DNA from: Phaeosaccion multiseriatum
Taxonomy: Eukaryota > Protista > Ochrophyta, other classes
Direction of reading: 5' to 3'
Assembly: GCA_965112735.1 (NCBI GenBank)
Contig: OZ218961.1
Span: forward strand, 1,922,001 to 1,986,000
DNA: 64,000 nt
The notes beneath the pieces were generated by a model. The model searched no databases. It was not told where the DNA came from and was given only the letters and a program-made list of their open reading frames with translations. Position numbers and translations under genes: made by a program. This document shows positions 60,943-64,000 of this stretch, piece by piece (within the stretch, counting starts at the first letter, position 1; every line of letters starts with the position of its first letter).

Positions 60943-63900
60943 ATGCCTTCGTACTCGCAGCAGGGGCACGGACAGGGCGGGCAGAGGTCCACGAAGATGT
61001 CCCAGCGCACGGCGTGCCTGCTCAAGAAGAAGGAGTTGTCTCAGCTTGTCAAGGACCAACTGGTCTATTGCCAGAACCTCAGGCAAGCAGACGTAAGAGG
61101 CATCATCGAGAGGAATGCCACGGAGGCGGGTCGTCTCGCGGACGCTCAGGTGAGTGGGCGAAGGCTCAAGCTCAACGCATTGAAGGCAAGCGCCGAGACG
61201 ATGCAACAGGGCGGAGAGAGAGAAAAGGGGGCGCGCGTGAACTGTGCTCTGGAGTTCGTGAGTAGCAACTTGAGGAGGGAGATTAGGGGGAAGAGGACGA
61301 ACGCTCAGCTGGAATCGAGGGTAGCGACTCGAGAAGATTGTCCCGGCTTGAGCAGGGAGGGGGAGGGGATGTGGAGAGGACAAACGCTAAGCCCCCTTTG
61401 TGAATCGATGTAAAGATAATGCCTCTTCTCCACCCCCACCCTTTTGAGCACCCTCTCACTGCGTGGGATGTGCTTAACTAAACACGCTCCACCTCTCATG
61501 ATATCAGGGCAAGGTAGTGGAGCTAAAAGCCGACATACGGGCGCTGAACGAGTGTGCAATAGTCCAGCGCCAGCGACTTGACCTCGTCATCAACAACGGG
61601 GCCACGGATGCAGCAGCAGCAGAGAGGGACAAGCAACAGTCCGGCGAGGGACGAGGCGGGGATGGAGGAGGGGCTGGGCCGAAGGGCAAGGGGGGGCGGC
61701 ACGAACCCTTTGACGTGCAGGCCATGGAGAGAGCGTTTCAGAAGTTGGGCCTCGCGGATGACATGTCCCAGGCAGTGTCGGCCTTCACCTTACTCATCAA
61801 TGTGAGTCGGTGATACAGTTGGTGCAGTTGGTGGTACAGGGGAGGGAGGGAGGGAGGGAGGGAGAGAGAGGGAGGGAGGGAGGGAGGGTGGGCGGGCGCG
61901 AGGGAGGGAGGGAGCGTAGCTGGGTGGGTGGACTGCCTGGGGGTTGCAGAGAGGAGGCAGGCCGGCGTTGTTCTAATGACTTACCCTCCCTCTCTCCCTC
62001 CCTCCTTCGCAGATGCGGGACAAGGTGGTGACAACGCTGAACCACGACCTCCTGACCCTTAAACGCAGTTTAGACAAGGAGTTTGGTGCCGCCTTTGATG
62101 ATGTTCGAGCCCTCCTCCGCTCTGAGAAGAATACGCACACCATCGCTAACTCGGGCCAAATGGTCTCCCCGGCCACCAGACTCACCGTGGAGCTCTGCAC
62201 GTCCTTCGAGGTTAGGATGAGGAGGAACATCGGAGGGCAGTGGAGGGCAGTGGAGGGCAGTAGATGGCAATGGATGGATGGATGGATGGATGGATGGATG
62301 GTTGGATTGGGGGAGGGAAGGAGGAGATCACTCGGTAGCTTCCACCAGTGCGCACCACGAGCGATCGTACTCTGCCTGTCGCCGCCGTCAAGTGTTGCGT
62401 GTTTCGGTCTGAAACGCCCTCCTCAGCGGCGTGCTTGCTTGCTCTGCTGTTTTCGAGAGGGTCACTTCTCCCCCCCCCCCCTCCCTGCCCCCGACTGCAA
62501 CCTCACTCACCTTGTTTGCCACCTTTCCTTTCCCCTCTTCCTCTGCCCCCCTCCTCGGTCGCGTGATGACATCTCTTGGTGCTGGCCTGCCTGCCTACCG
62601 GCGCATATGCCTGGCTGCCTGCCTGCCCGTATGCCTGCCTGTCCATATGCCTGGCTGCCGTGTGGTGCCATCCCTCACTACGGCCTGGCTGTCCAGGTGC
62701 TGGTGCACGCTGTGCAAGGCCTTCGTACCGTCAAGGAGGGGCTCGATCAAACGATGGTGCTCAAGCAGCTGAGGCTCGACAATGATCGCCTTTCGAGGGA
62801 GGTAGAGGAGCATGTCACGGAGCTCAAGAGTGAGTGGAGGACTGACGGGAGGGAGGAGGGGGTAGGGGGGAGGGAGGGAGGAAGGGAGGGAAGGGAGGGG
62901 GGAGGGAAGGGAGGAGGGAGGGAGGAAGGGAGGGAGGGAGGGAGGGGAGGGGGGGGAGGAGGACGAGGAGGACGAGGAGGATGAGGGGGAGGAGAAGGAG
63001 GAGGAGGAGGAGGAGGATGAGGAAGGTGAGGGGGAGGAGGAGGAGGAAGGGGAGGAGGAGGAAGAGGAGTAGTTTCCCTGTGCTATGGGCCTTTGTGGTC
63101 TGCATGGTCTGCATGTGCGTGTGCGTGTGCGTGTACGTGTGTACGTGTGCGTGTATGTATGCGTACTTTGTGTACTTACGTGTGCCTGTGCAACAGGAAT
63201 ACACCACACATACCGAGAGCTGCAGAGCCCCGAGCTTGCCCTCGGATTGGGCAATCGGCAGCGCAGAATCATAGAGGAGCAGTTGCAGGACCTCAACAAA
63301 CTCAAGGGACAGGTGAGATGGGGGGAGGGTTGCGCTTGACAATTGCGCTTGACACTTGTGCTTGACTGTTGTGCTTGACATTGGTGTGGTTCGTCGCCCT
63401 CCTGGGGGCAGGTCGTATTTATTCCTGGTGCTGTAAGTAGCCTACTGGTTCGCGTCTGCGTTCCGAACCCCCCCCCGCCCCCAATCTGACCACCCCTCCT
63501 TCCCCTACTTCATCTGTGTGTGCGCGCGCGTGTGCGACCCCACGGCGACGTTAGGTGAACGTTCTCCTGCGAGAACAGTCTCTGCTACTCGCCGAGAACG
63601 GTCGGCACAAAGACGCCCTTGGTGAGGTGACCTCTCTCATGGCGGCGAAGACAAGTCTGTACGAGAGAGAGAAGGCATGGCTCATGCCGAGGGTGAGTAG
63701 CGTCCCAGTTGTGTGCATATGAGTAGCGTCCGAGTTGTGTGTATATGAGCGTGTGTGAGTGTGCGTGTGTGTATGAGCGTGTATGTGCATGGGTATGTAT
63801 CTAACGAGGAAGAAGAGCAGATTAATTATGAGAGAGGAGGAATGAAGCGAAGGAATGAAGCAAAGAAAGACGGAAGAATCACTTGGTGCTGCTGCTGTCC

Positions 63901-64000
63901 TCCATCTGTGATGGGCCGAACAACCAACACGTCTACAGGTGGAGGCTGCCCAGAAGCGTGCTCAGGAGGTTGAGGAGACGATGAAGCAGCTCAGCCTTGA
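60943..64000 (+). CDS. Uncharacterised coiled-coil protein, multi-exon, continues past window end
   Basis: Spliced helical exons: MPSYSQQ...LADAQ|VVELKADIRALNE...|RDKVVTTLNHDLLTLKRSL...|VLVHAVQGL...|...IIEEQLQDLNKLKGQ|VNVLLREQ...MPR|VEAAQKRAQEVEETMKQL. Confidence 0.7.

Overview
Gene-dense, intron-rich eukaryotic nuclear DNA, probably from an ochrophyte alga. The nuclear FtsH carries a signal peptide followed by an AEA-F bipartite plastid presequence. The (GGGA)n/(TCCC)n-filled introns suggest a eustigmatophyte, but that narrower call is only an inference. Most entries in the ORF track are microsatellite artefacts, so I rebuilt the real genes by joining exons across GT/GC-AG introns. In order they are: a partial tyrosinase (-), ANKZF1/Vms1 (-), an Fn3-associated + NAGPA-like type I membrane protein (+), Cys-rich/EGF-like 7TM protein A (+), eIF5 (-), an ankyrin-WW protein (+), AMSH/STAMBP (+), DGAT2/MGAT (+), COX11 (-), 7TM paralogue B (+), UVSSA-like (-), plastid FtsH (+), a GH5 endoglycoceramidase-like gene (-) and a partial coiled-coil gene (+). 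eIF5 hosts two intronic box C/D snoRNA candidates and has weak-context uORFs. AMSH lies between ~300-bp inverted repeats and is followed by a repeat, hairpin and RNase H-relic block. The most notable items are the pair of unrecognised EGF-like/7TM receptors (one with a duplicated acceptor that would give an ectodomain-only peptide), a degenerate uncovering-enzyme homologue that keeps YxxPhi/NPF sorting signals, a UVSSA lacking its C-terminal zinc-finger region, and window-wide intron patterns (purine-to-pyrimidine polarity, exon-edge echo duplications, a dispersed CAGTTGGTGATACAG motif). All homology calls come from remembered motifs; no database search was run.
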